Notes: a model not told the origin generated them from the sequence alone. A DNA stretch of 61,488 nucleotides, filler included, from 5 parts of 5 records of this genome joined end to end with filler, not necessarily neighbours in it; one strand, 5' to 3'. Positions 41,256-53,337 are shown, counted from the first letter of the whole stretch. Numbers and translations are program-made.

Positions 41256-44200
41256 CTAGCTCATTGCGAGACTGCATAACAAAATCGTTAGCAGGAGAAA
41301 CGAGCTGACATGGCTTCGACCTGCAGTGTTCGGCTCCACGTCTGGACCATCGTCGCGCAGGTCATCGTCGGTCCTATGAACTACCTCTTGCGTCTTGTTT
41401 GTCTCCTCGGCAGCCTTCCGTGCCGCTTCTGCCTCGTATGCTGTGGCGTCCTCGACGGCCCCCTCGCCTCCAAGCGGCACGTGGGTGGGGTTCCTTTCCT
41501 GCGCCTGCTGATCTAGCTCAGCCTTTTCATCCTGAATCGAATGTTTCTCGGCATCATCAGCTCTCTTCTCCGCCAACTCATATTCCAGTCCGGGAACCTT
41601 CCCTGCACAGCTCCCAGTTAGATTCGTGCTGTTGTCGCACATGCATAAGCGACGATCCTCATCACACTGCCCATTTGCCTTGCATCCCCCAGGGCATCCT
41701 GCTGGCCCTGCGTGGTACAGCCACAGGTTACTACGCGCATCACTATATCCATACCCACCAAACATTGCCAGCGTTCCATGGGTTTCAGCCATGGCCATTC
41801 CCGAACGGGCCAGCGGAACAGGTGGATCACCACCTGTAGGGCCCACTCTTGTCCAGCGGTTGGTGAGCCGTGTCCATCTCCAAAGCTGAGCTGGGAGGAG
41901 CAGAGGCTCTCCGCTCATGTTCTTCGTGTTTGAATCGCTAGAAGAACCACCGAATATGTACGCAGCCGAACCAATGCCAGTGGCTGCGAAGTGATCCCGG
42001 CGGCCCGCTTTGACCTGGTATTCGACGCTACTGTCAGTGACAGGATTAACGATAAGCCGTGGGAGAGGCGCAATTCGCTGCCATCTGTTTGTACCTACAT
42101 TGTACAACCAAGCGTCTGCTAGTGAGCTACCAGTGCCATCAACACCGCCCGCGACAAAGACACTGTAAGAGCCGTCAGCATCCACAAGAGACGCGCTACC
42201 ATGGAACGCCCGAGGCGTAGGCATCTCCCAAAGCCCGTCTTTGTGCACATGGGGATGAGGGTTGATTGCCATCCAGGCCCGAGTCCACATATTGTACTCC
42301 CACAGATCGCCCGATGGTTGGTTTGTTGACGCATCGATCCCACCAAAAAGGATGGCACTGTATTGTAGAGGAACCAACGTATCGTTCACATCCAGGCTGT
42401 ACCTCACCAACTCCATGGAATGCCCAGAGCGGCCGCCCACTGCGGTGGACACACTGACAGCCTCCTTGTAGGGATTGATTCCTGCTGCAGAAAACAATTC
42501 CCGCCGGTCCGCCTCGGTCAGCCCACGCGAAGCCGCCTCCGACTGCCACTTGTTGATCTGACTATCTGCATCGCGGAACCAGTGCCCCACTTTGATCCAC
42601 TTAGGTGTGCCCATCAATTCGAGCATCCACATGTCATCAAGTATGCGCCCACCCAACTTGTCCGCCCCGCCATAAATATACATCTTGCCACCGTACGCAA
42701 ACGAAGCGTGGTGGACCCGAGCCTGAGGTGCCGAACCAACCACTCTTCTCTCTTTGACGATCCCCTTGAAGTGAGGGTTGGACTGGTACACCGTACTGAC
42801 AGGATTGGGTGGATGTGGCAGGTTGTGCGGAAGGGTCACCTCGAAGATACGATTTGTCACCCTGATTGATTCGTTGCCACTGCCAGGCACGCCAACAAGC
42901 CCACCAAAGACAATCATCACAGGATGCACCTCATCAGGTCGTTGAACGGCCACACTGCTGTGCCCGTACCAGGATGAGGGCGTTGTGGACATGGACTTGA
43001 CCATAGCCTCGACACCCCCAGACATGAGCGCAGCCAGCTCGTCAGCGGTAAGCGAAGATAGAGCACCAGCCAGATCTGCAGCTTCTTCTGCGGTCAGACC
43101 CAACGAAACTAGCAAATCTGTGCTCAGGCCTCCTTTTCCTGCGGCCCAGCCAGCGGCGTCCCACGTCGCGCCGAGCAGCTGAGAAGCAAGAGCGGCGAAC
43201 ACCACCGAAGGATCGATTGTACCATCCTTACCCATCATCGCAAGTAGATCTCGCATGGCCGCCGCCGTGCCTTGGTCATCTGATCCACCAGTGGGCACGA
43301 GCCTACCATCCGGCCCAATGACAAAGCCGGGGTGATGGGATGGGCGATACCCCGCATTGTGAGCTGGATCGGTTACATTCGTCACATCTCCTCGATAAGT
43401 GGCGTAGAAACCGTGGGGCATGTTGTCAGGATATTTGGGCACTGGCTCATCCACAGGTACGACGCCCGGCATGGTGTAATCCAAGTTGGGAGCCGTGAAT
43501 GACAATTCTCGACTCTCCGCCACGGCTGGAAACTTGTTGTTCTTTTTGCTCTTATGATTGTAAATCTGTTTGTTCCCGACCTGCACTAGAGCCTGCCCGG
43601 CCCTCAACCTTGCAGCGTCATGTGTACCATCATCTTTGGTACCGGGAGTCGCATCATCATCCTGACCTGAAGACATTTCCATCTCACCCGCTGCCAGTTT
43701 TGCGATCAGGTCAAAGAGCTTCTTGAGCTTATCCGCCACGACACCAAGAGGTGGAGGTGATGTCGGAAGTCGGAACCATCGACCCGTCCGCAATGTGTCG
43801 CACGTTTCGCCCTTGAACGATGGCATACACGAACATTCGCGGAGCTCATTGTTACAGATACCGCGGGGTGCGCACTTGCCATAACACCCGTCCATTCCAA
43901 TCGCCCCTTGCATTTGCTCTGTCTCAAACTCCCCAGCAAGATCCCCACCCGCTGCCCCGCCTGCATTTTCCCCATTTCCCTCGTCCTCTCCTTCCACTTC
44001 AGCATCACCACTAGAGCCCGCAGCCCATGAATTATCAATTTTCCACTTGCGTTTCTTCGATCCAGCCCCTCCTTCCGCCTCGGCCGCCTCCCCTGTCCCT
44101 TCCCCTCCCCCGTCTGTCCCTTCGCCTCCCCCGTCAACCGCAGATGCAGCATCTTCCCTATCAGTGCCGTTGACGGCTGGCTGGCCAGTCACTGTATCCG

Positions 44201-46126
44201 CACCAGCGGACGCCGCGTCCACAATACTCTCCCCCTCGCTCTCACCAATCCCCTCACCAGCCCCATTCCTTGCTGGGTGGGCTTTGTGAATTTTGCTTCC
44301 GAGCAGAGAGGACTCGTTGCAACTGACACCTGCCCATTGAGCTGGGTCTGCGCATACACAGCTGCGTGTGGAGTAGTCACACTGTCCATGGACGCAGGGA
44401 TGCATGCAGTTTGGTCCAACAGTGAAAGACCACACCTCCTCGAAAGCTGTGTTGTGTGCGAGTCCTCCATAAAGCCATAGAAGCCCACCGTGTGGGACAA
44501 GTGTGTGCATTATACGGGTCTTTGGATGCACGGCGTTCAGAACATGGACCAGCTGCCAGTGGCGGGTTGTCAGGCTGAATTGCCAAAGCCCGGGATCCAC
44601 CTCATCAATCAACAGACCCTTTTCTGTCTTGTAGGTAGTCATACCACCCAACACAAAGAGCCGATCATCATACATGGTCATGCCGTGAAAGTCACGTGGT
44701 GGAGGAAACACATTCCCCAATGCTGGAACTGGCGCCCAAGTCCTGTGTGAACATGATCCAATACAGTCAAGGGAATCAGTACCCTGATGACCGAAGGCAT
44801 CAGGTGGAGGAAAAAGGGATCCTGGAGAGGGGGTCCATTATCGACACTATCACCTCATGCCAAGTCGCCTTATAAAAAAACTGTGCACGTGCGTGCGATA
44901 CATATTCAGACCGCTTGAAATTGACACACCTTGTTTGAATGTGGAAGCTCCAGACGTCATTGAGCATCGTATCGTCCGTCGTGGAGCCCCCAAAGATGAT
45001 CACCGATCCACCCGCATCTTCTGCCGGCAGATTCTGCGCACGACGCTCCGCCCCATGCCACTGATCACCGGATACAAAGGTGCGGCTGCTCTGGGCCATC
45101 AACATACCACTCCGCTCCAACGGCTGCACATCTGACGATGGCAGCAAGAGTTTCCACTCCATGCTGTGCAAATCCAGTCGCCATGTATCGCCTCGCACGC
45201 CGTCTGCATCTTGCCCGCCAAATAGCAACACGCAGGCCACAGAATAGCCTGTGTAAACACCGGGAGTATTAAGAGGACAGGTAGTCATGCCGAACGACTT
45301 CCGAGGAGATGGGTACTTGGGCAGGGCCGATACAGTGTCACCGTACACACCACTGGCTGGCATTAGCGCACTGCTCGAATGAGGTAGCATTTCGATGTCT
45401 TTTACTGCGTGATCAGAGTACAGGCGGTGCACGCCTATGTCAGAGCAAGCAGAAGCTGATGAGAGTGTACATTCGATTACATACAGCCCTGGAAAGTTTG
45501 AGGTTCGCAGCATAGTGACTCATACAGATGAGATGGGCACTGGGATGCGTGCATTTGTCTGTGCATGAATAGGAGGCTCAAAGACGACTGTTGACAGAAA
45601 GCACAAAACTAAAAGTCATGAAATCCATACAACCCCATGTGATGGCACCTGTGAAATCGACTGGGCGGTTGTCGGAAGCCAGATGCCACGTCCATCGTGT
45701 CAGGTTGAACATCCAGAGATCATTCAGAAGGGTTCCGTTGGCGGTCACACCCCCAAATATGAACATGCCATCATCAACCAGGGCAGCACCATGCAAGCTG
45801 CGCCCCTCTGGTGCAGCGCTTCCTTTGGGAGCCATCACCTGCCACTCTCGTGTCTCGAAAAAGAAACGAAGCACGTTCTTGCTGCTGGTCGGCTTCGAGG
45901 TCTTGGAGTCTATAACTACCCCTCCAAATGTGATCATGGCACCACCATATACAACCGCGGTATGGCCGTGTCGAGGGTGGGGTGTTGACAGCCCATTATC
46001 AGGCACAACCTGCTCCCATCTTCCCAGACGAGGGTTGGACCAGAGGTCAGCCTCCGTGTGAGTTGCTTCTTGTGCTTGAACTAAATTAACGATCACAGCG
46101 AGCCAGAAATACACAGTGGCTCTCAT
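41256..46126 (-). CDS. Secreted or surface Kelch-repeat plus EGF-like protein (3 exons, ~1507 aa)
   Basis: Exons 46126-45649, 45488-44930, 44742-41256 join in frame; signal peptide MRATVYFWLAVIVNLVQA; many FGG/YGG Kelch blades; three EGF-like Cys modules; hydrophobic C-terminus. Confidence 0.85.
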
Positions 46127-46297
46127 GGGAGAAACAAAACGCAAATGTGAAAAACCCTGAGAGGAATCGCACCCCTCCGCCCGGCCGGACGTCCCCTCAA
46201 CGTCCAGCGGAGAGCCCTCGGAGAGGAGCTGTGAAAGTAGAAAAATCAAGTTAACATACAAATGCTTTAATTCCCCCAGAGCTCTTCTGAAAACAAG

Positions 46298-48950
46298 ATG
46301 CTCGTGGGGATGCAGGGGGCTTGGTTTCTCTTGTTATTGGGTTCTTTCGCGGTGCCAAAGGCAGGGGGTGCCACCTTCAGAAAGGTGTCTGAAACTAAGG
46401 GACTGCCTTTGCTGATGCCCACACAGCAAGACCGAGCTTACCCCAGGGAGTTGCAACTCCTTGAACGCCCCAAAAAGGACAGGTCCCGCTCTCGCGGGGC
46501 CCATCCTCTGCACATTGGTCCAGCTGGTGGTTTGGCTCTTTATGCTCCATCAGCGACCTCGATACCAGGTATTGCAGCTGTTGACACCACTGGAAAGACC
46601 TCGTCCGTTTCCGGCCAAAATGACAAGCCCGACGCAAAGCCACCAAGGTCGCGGGTACTTATTCTTACAGTACCCAAAGATAAAGTGATCCTGGGCTACA
46701 ATGAAAGGGAAAACAAATGGGGTTCGCTCGGAGGACACCTGGAGAAAGGCGAGGATTGGGAGTTTGCCGCCATGAGAGAGCTGCAGGAGGAGTCCATGCT
46801 CACCGCAGCCGACTTGCAGGGTGGACTGATCAAAATTTCAAATGAACCCGACGAAAACAACCAGCACTGGTTTTATGGGGTTCTGATAGAAGGCAAAGGA
46901 CCAAAGGACCTGGATGCATCCCACGATGCGGAGTATCAGGTCACAGGAAATCCTAAGGGCGACTTCAAAGAGTTCGCGTTCAACAGTCTTCCGGAGAATA
47001 CCTTCCCAGATGCCAAACGCATCATCAATGACCGCCTGATGCCCGCGTTGAAAGACAGCAGCGCCAATGTACCCGCTGCAGATACGGCCAATGGACAAAC
47101 AGATGCTCCGTCCGTGGATGCTGTCCCACCACTTGCCCCAGAGACAACTGTTCAGCCAACCTCTGTTACCGCATCAGCTGCTTTAGCACTGACCGATGCA
47201 CTGAGCAGTAATATATCGCCCGAGGCCACATCGGCCGCCCTAGCGGAGGTGCTTGGAGGGTACACTTCAAACGTGCAGTTGGGAGCAGAAGTGAAAGGAG
47301 AACATGGCCCTGACCCGGTTTGGACCGTCGATGACCTTCAAAAGGTCGAAGTTATGCGATCCGGAGACCTGTACGGTGGGGGCGAGGTCATTCGCATACG
47401 TGTTCCTCCGCCTTCAGGGAACGCCCTCTGCCCACCCAAGAACAAGACATTGCCTCCCTTCGATCGGACCAAACGTCCAATCGCGAAAACGGAAACTCAC
47501 TACAATTACTTTGGCAAAAGGAAAGGCGAATTTCGCGGTGAGAACGAAGACTTGCTTATCACCCCACCGGAACCAATCTTGGATCCATATTTCTGGCTCC
47601 GTGACGACCGCCGCCGAGATCCGGAGGTGCTGCATCATTTGGTGAGTGCTCTCAGTTCGAAACCTGGTTGATTTTGCCGCCACCAGAATTCACGCCGACA
47701 GTCTTGGTGAGGCAGTTGTAAACAGGTCGCCTCCTCCGTCAATGAGGGACCGTCTCACAATAATGTGGTTCCATTTGTCCTATGTCACGTGTTACGCTTC
47801 GCAGGAGCATGAGAACGCGTACTTTGACTACACAATAGAGAAGACGCCTGGAGCGACCTCGTTGAAAAATGATCTGAACATGGAGCTGAAGAGCTACATT
47901 GAGGATGAACATCTCACGGTCCCATACCAATACGGGCCTTTTCTGTACATGTCTGATCTACCAAAGGACAAGGACTACACAATACACTATAGAAAGAGCG
48001 TTAGCCAGAGGAACAGCTTCATGATGGTACAGGGTAAAGTTACAGCCGACTGGGAGGTGGTTTTGGACGAGAACGAAATTTGCAAGGGTTTGGAGATGTG
48101 CGAAATCAGCGGCGTGTCCGTGTCGCCGCCGCCTTCAACCCGGGTCGCTTACATCCTTGACACCACGGGCTCCGAGAACGGCACATTATATGTGGTCGAG
48201 CTTCTGACAGGTAGGATCAAATCAACGCTTGAGGGTGTATCTGACTTCGAGTGGTCCAACTCAGGGGCCGCTCTCTTCTATATGAGATTGGATGATGCGG
48301 GCCGACCAGACAGAGTCTACTCGCATTTAGTGGGGGGGCGTCCTGAGAGGGACGTGCAGATGTTCGTGGAGCCGGACCCAGTTTTCGAGGTTGGCATTCG
48401 CCAGTCTAAAAGCGGCCGATTTTTATTCATCGAGTCATCATCGTCGGACACAAGCGAGCTTAGCTACATTGACATGCACGAGGGTGGAGAATTCGATGCT
48501 GAAAGGGTGCAGGTCTTTGCCAACCGCACGAATGGGACGATCTATTCTGTCGATGATCATAAGGATGTCTTCATCATACACACCAACTATGATGGTTGCA
48601 AGGAGTTCAACATTATGACGGTCGGTATTGGAAACATCACAAGTCCAGATTCCTGGCGAAACCTGACTAATTTCGAGTACCGTCGCGACCGGACGGTCAA
48701 CTCTGTGGATGTATTCAACGGCCACTTGGTCGTCCATGGACTCATGAACGCGATGACCCAGGTGTGGATCTTGCCACTTTCGGAAGATAGCATGTCGACT
48801 GTAGGCATGTATCGGGTTCCCTTCGAGGATGAGGTTTACGAGATTGAAATGGGCGGAGGCAACCGCAAGTTCGACGCGCCCTTTGTACGGCTCAGGATAT
48901 CCTCGATGACTAAGCCCGAAACAATTTTTGATCACGACTTCACCACCCGT
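46298..48950 (+). CDS. Signal peptide-Nudix-oligopeptidase B (S9A) fusion, spliced, 3' truncated
   Basis: Exon 46298-47641, intron GTGAGT..CAG 47642-47804, exon 47805-end; Nudix box GHLEKGEDWEFAAMRELQEE; OpdB N-terminus DPYFWLRDDRRRDPEVLHHLEHENAYF then beta-propeller (VVLDEN, DTTGSE, SSMTKP). Confidence 0.85.
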
Positions 48951-49050
48951 NNNNNNNNNNNNNNNNNNNNNNNNNNNNNNNNNNNNNNNNNNNNTTAATT
49001 AATTAANNNNNNNNNNNNNNNNNNNNNNNNNNNNNNNNNNNNNNNNNNNN
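48951..49050. other. Artificial contig-joining spacer
   Basis: N44-TTAATTAATTAA-N44. Confidence 0.98.
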
Positions 49051-49077
49051 CGGGTTCAATTCCCGCCGCCTCCACCA
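49051..49077 (+). ncRNA. ssrA: tmRNA 3' end (T-arm and acceptor stem)
   Basis: CGGGTTCAATTCCCGCCGCCTCCACCA matches the tmRNA tRNA-like 3' end; only 27 nt visible. Confidence 0.75.
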
Positions 49078-49096
49078 AATTTAAAATAATATGAAT

Positions 49097-51892
49097 CTAC
49101 TGATTCATATTTTCCCAACTAAAATAAGGTGAATCTTTAAAATCATCGCCTTTTAGTTGAACGGTAGAATTCATAAAGACGCCCTCAATAAAAAGCTTAT
49201 TTGTTAACTCAACTAAATCATTTTTTGTAGCTTTTTTGATATAGCTTTCTATTTGGCTCTTTGTATCAAAGTTATACAGTCCATCTTCCCAGTCATTGAT
49301 ATACGAGCTAGCCTCAACAAATATATTTTCTGGTTTTTTTGTCATCTCTTCTAATAGGGCAAACTGCAAGCCCAAAACAGTTTTCTGATCAATCTGTTCA
49401 AATGCAGCAGAAAAACCATACTGAAAATTTATAATTTTTTCTTTCAAAGCTTGCAGATTAGTGTTGTCACTGACTATCATCATAGATAAGGCTGGGAAAT
49501 CATGAATAGTCTCATTATAGCTTGTGACTATGTAGCCAACCTGCTGACTAGTTCGCAAATCATTAAAAAATGAGGTTTGAAAAATTTTATTAATCAACAT
49601 AAATTCAGCCCGCACTTTTAAAGATGCCTCTGGATATATATAACTATCTATTATCCCAACACCATCTTTTGGCATCCTTAATTTTTTTACAAGACCTCTG
49701 CCGACTTTGACATCAAAATTGCTCTCAAAGTGCCAGGGATCCTGCTGAGTTGTACTACCTATTTTCTTCCTTACTGATAGGGCAAGTTCTTTAATCTCCT
49801 CTGATGAGTAGTTACCATGAGCATATATATCAATAAAGCTTGATGCTAAAATTTTTTGATGAGTATCTCTGACCTCATTCAAAGTAAGTGTATTTAATGC
49901 ATTTAAAATTTGTTTTTTTGAATATATATATGGGGACTGCTTTGTTACTGTCATGGCGTGGTATTCCAGCTGGTCAGAAACATCTTGCTCAGCAATACTT
50001 TCGTAAGAATCAATATATAATTTTTTTACATCTTTTAAAGATCTATCGCTAATTTCAAATTCTATAAATTTATTAAGTAAATCATTGGAGTATTGAATAT
50101 TTCTTTTTTTTCTTCCGAATAATCTTATAACAGTATTACCATCAGCATTGGGCATTGGTGAAATAATTACACCTCTTTGACCGGCTCTCTGAAGAATGCG
50201 GCGATTTGCTTTTAAGAATGCTGTATTTAGTATCCAAGAGCTAACTAAATTATTAACGCTCTCAGAGGGCACTGAAGAAATAATTCCAAGGTTCAGAATG
50301 CCCTCCTTGCCTGGATGATCCTGACTATTAGACAAATAAGCTTGCACTCCTATATCTTGATATATCCTGACAGGTCTTTGAAATTCATCAGATTGAACCA
50401 TTTGGGCATCCGTTTCGTTCTCAATAATCTCTGGTTGAGGTAGTCTTAAAGCTATATTTGAATATGCAGTTGCAGTTAATTTTTTTGCTATCAAAGATTT
50501 AACTCTAAATGCTCCATCAGCATATTTTAAGTCAATGTCAGAAACCTCATTTGGCCCTATGTGGTATATTCTTGATCTGTCTGGTGTCATCTGGTCTAGC
50601 ACATCTTTGATCGCATTAGCATTGAATTCAGAGGTAACATATGCAAAATCTATTAAATTTTCTGAAGGCCAATCAAAGATTTTTTGACCAAATTGAACGG
50701 CTAAACTTAATGCAGAGGGTGATTGATAGTCTTCAAATTGAATGCTGTTGATTGATGCGAGCTCATCAAAGTATGCCTGGTCTATACCATTTGATTTTAT
50801 TAAATCAATAAACTGATGTGTTGAATACAGAATGAGCTCTTTATTTTTTTCACCCTTTTCAGTTAGGGAATATTCAACAAATGCTGAGCCATCTTTTCCC
50901 CATGCCGAAGGCATTAGGGTTGCTTGACCGCTTTGGATCAAGCCCTTATCTTGAAGCATAGTCATCAGAGAGCCGTCTTCCTGGGAATTAATAAGCTTTG
51001 CAATATATTGGTTTGGTTTTGATTTCCATTGAGAGCGATTATCTTTAATTGGAAACTCGATCAAAAAGATAGGGGATTTAATCTTGCTTCTAATGAAGAT
51101 TTCCTTAGATAAGTCTTGCTCCCTATATGCAGAAATTTCAGTTACGGGACGAGCTACTTTTTTATTCTTTATATTAGAAAAATATTTTCGAGCGAGCTTT
51201 TCTAATTCTTTGCTTGATTGATTTCCAACGAGGATCAATTTCATAAGGTTTGCTGAATAAAACTTATCATGAAATTCTTTTAGAGAGCTAAGTAACCGCT
51301 CTTCATTGCTGCCAAGTGTCTCTTTATTGCCGACACCTAATTTCAACTTAGGATGAGCAGGATTTCCAGTTCTCGCAAGAGCACGCTGCTGAATAAAAGC
51401 GTCAGTTTGCCTATTTTTCAGCCACTCTGAGTTAACAGCATTAATTTCTTTTTCTACCATAGAGCCATCAAATAGAGGGTTCATTAATGCTGAACTTAGC
51501 CTATCAAGAGCAGGATCAAATTTCTTACTATTTATTGAAAAAAGATAGGTTGTTTGTTCAGCAGCTGTGAAAGCATTTGTTGAGCCTCCATTTTGCGTGA
51601 TAAATTCCATATATTCATTAGGCGACTTATATTTTTTGGAGCCCATAAAAATCATATGTTCTAAAAAATGAGCTATCCCTTGGGCTTCTTCTGGATCACT
51701 AAAAAAGCCAACTCCAACATTTAGGGTTGCAGCAGACATCGCGAGTTCAGGGTCGCTAACTGTTATTACCTCCATATTATTCTTTAAAAAAAATGAGTTA
51801 TATTCCCTTGAATCAGCTGGACTTTTATTGACTGTTCCAGCCTCCATATGAAAAGAAAAGATAATAACTAAGGCGAGGATAAATTTTTTCAT
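49097..51892 (-). CDS. M16A zinc metallopeptidase (pitrilysin/insulinase family), exported
   Basis: Signal peptide, GIAHFLEHMIFMGS (HxxEH), NAFT, EINAVNSE, FFNDLRTSQQVGY. Confidence 0.93.
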   Translation of the reverse strand: MKKFILALVIIFSFHMEAGTVNKSPADSREYNSFFLKNNMEVITVSDPELAMSAATLNVGVGFFSDPEEAQGIAHFLEHMIFMGSKKYKSPNEYMEFITQNGGSTNAFTAAEQTTYLFSINSKKFDPALDRLSSALMNPLFDGSMVEKEINAVNSEWLKNRQTDAFIQQRALARTGNPAHPKLKLGVGNKETLGSNEERLLSSLKEFHDKFYSANLMKLILVGNQSSKELEKLARKYFSNIKNKKVARPVTEISAYREQDLSKEIFIRSKIKSPIFLIEFPIKDNRSQWKSKPNQYIAKLINSQEDGSLMTMLQDKGLIQSGQATLMPSAWGKDGSAFVEYSLTEKGEKNKELILYSTHQFIDLIKSNGIDQAYFDELASINSIQFEDYQSPSALSLAVQFGQKIFDWPSENLIDFAYVTSEFNANAIKDVLDQMTPDRSRIYHIGPNEVSDIDLKYADGAFRVKSLIAKKLTATAYSNIALRLPQPEIIENETDAQMVQSDEFQRPVRIYQDIGVQAYLSNSQDHPGKEGILNLGIISSVPSESVNNLVSSWILNTAFLKANRRILQRAGQRGVIISPMPNADGNTVIRLFGRKKRNIQYSNDLLNKFIEFEISDRSLKDVKKLYIDSYESIAEQDVSDQLEYHAMTVTKQSPYIYSKKQILNALNTLTLNEVRDTHQKILASSFIDIYAHGNYSSEEIKELALSVRKKIGSTTQQDPWHFESNFDVKVGRGLVKKLRMPKDGVGIIDSYIYPEASLKVRAEFMLINKIFQTSFFNDLRTSQQVGYIVTSYNETIHDFPALSMMIVSDNTNLQALKEKIINFQYGFSAAFEQIDQKTVLGLQFALLEEMTKKPENIFVEASSYINDWEDGLYNFDTKSQIESYIKKATKNDLVELTNKLFIEGVFMNSTVQLKGDDFKDSPYFSWENMNQ

Positions 51893-52000
51893 TTGTAAAG
51901 TTTACTTTACACATATAAATTGTTCAATATAATTCCAAGATCTTATTAATGGTAATGGCGATCTTGCACATGCATTATCTCAAATGAAATAAATAAAAAG

Positions 52001-52029
52001 TGGACAGATGAAATGAAGATCATTAGAAT
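52001..52029 (+). promoter_or_regulatory. Sigma70 promoter for rpsT
   Basis: TGGACA-17 nt-TAGAAT. Confidence 0.65.
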
Positions 52030-52051
52030 ACCGCATCTAATATAAGAAGAT

Positions 52052-52315
52052 ATGGCTAATAGTAAACAATCAATAAAAAGAGCTCGTCAGAATGCTGACA
52101 GGTATAAACTCAAGCATTCTCAGAGATCTCAGGCTCGTACAGCTGTCAAAGCTGTAAGAAATGCTATTGCAGAAAATAACAAAGAATCTGCAACTGAGCT
52201 TTTAAAGGTTGCTGAAAAAGTTTTAGATTCTACTGCGGCAAAAAAAGTTATTCACAAAAATGCTGCTGCAAGAACGAAAAGCCGTCTTGTTAAAGCCGTT
52301 AAAGCAATCAGTTAA
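52052..52315 (+). CDS. rpsT: 30S ribosomal protein S20
   Basis: MANSKQSIKRARQ, IHKNAAARTKSRL. Confidence 0.97.
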   Translation: MANSKQSIKRARQNADRYKLKHSQRSQARTAVKAVRNAIAENNKESATELLKVAEKVLDSTAAKKVIHKNAAARTKSRLVKAVKAIS

Positions 52316-53334
52316 TCCTCCTCGCCTCCAGTCATCTCCTTTGCAATCATGCCAAGTAATTGGTTTGTATTATCACCAGTAAAACCAGAGATGATCGCTA
52401 TGCCTTTGGGCTGAAGCGCTAATAATTGTAAGGTTTTATCTAGTTTATCTTTAAAATCTGCAATTAAATCCTCACTGAGGGTGTCTTTTTTATTTACAGC
52501 AATCCATATGCTTTTATCTAACAGGCTTGGATCATAGGTTTTTAACTCATTCAGTAAAACAGTTAACTGCTCCTCAATGGAACTCTCAGTATTTTGTGGG
52601 TCTAATAGAATTAATAAATGACCAGTTCTTGAAATATGCTTAAGAAAATCTAAACCTAAACCAATGCCTTCTGAGGCGCCCTCTATCAAACCCGGTATAT
52701 CGGCAATGATGAAAGAAGTATCATAAATTTGAACCGTTCCAAGGTTAGGTCGTAACGTAGTGAATGGATAGTCTCCTATCTTAGGCCTGGCAGCTGATAC
52801 GCTATTTAAAAAGGTAGATTTACCAGCATTAGGAAAACCAACAAGACCAACATCTGCAAGAGAACGAAGTTCTAAGCGAATAGAAAATTCATCTCCAGGC
52901 CAACCTGGTGTATGCCTTCTGGGAGCTTGATTGGTGCTAGATTTAAAACGGAAATTTCCAGCTCCGCCCTCGCCACCTTTGGCAACCAAGTAATCTACTT
53001 CTTCTTCACAGCAGTCATAAACCACTTTGTCTGATAAAGCATCAAATATAATAGTTCCCTTTGGAACTAAGACAATTAGATCGTCTGCATCTTGGCCAGT
53101 TTTTTTGTTCCCAGCACCACTGTGACCATTTTTTGCAATTAAGTATTTCTGATTTCTAAAATGAACTAGAGTATTAAGATTTTGATCTACCCTAAAAATA
53201 ATATCTCCGCCTTTACCCCCATCGCCTCCATCAGGGCCACCGCGTGGAATAAATTTCTCTCTCCTAAAGCTTGTGGAACCGGCGCCACCGTTCCCAGCTC
53301 TTGCTTCTAGCAGAGCTTCGTCGATGAAATTCAT
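52312..53334 (-). CDS. obgE: GTPase ObgE/CgtA
   Basis: FRREKFIPRGGPDGGDGG, DVGLVGFPNAGKST, YPFTT, DIPG, NKKD. Confidence 0.97.
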   Translation of the reverse strand: MNFIDEALLEARAGNGGAGSTSFRREKFIPRGGPDGGDGGKGGDIIFRVDQNLNTLVHFRNQKYLIAKNGHSGAGNKKTGQDADDLIVLVPKGTIIFDALSDKVVYDCCEEEVDYLVAKGGEGGAGNFRFKSSTNQAPRRHTPGWPGDEFSIRLELRSLADVGLVGFPNAGKSTFLNSVSAARPKIGDYPFTTLRPNLGTVQIYDTSFIIADIPGLIEGASEGIGLGLDFLKHISRTGHLLILLDPQNTESSIEEQLTVLLNELKTYDPSLLDKSIWIAVNKKDTLSEDLIADFKDKLDKTLQLLALQPKGIAIISGFTGDNTNQLLGMIAKEMTGGEED

Positions 53335-53337
53335 GGA

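Noticed and set aside
35600-48998. Many overlapping short ORFs and apparent frameshifts in the eukaryotic contig
   Set aside because: Explained by GT-AG introns and antisense shadows of real genes; no recoding needed
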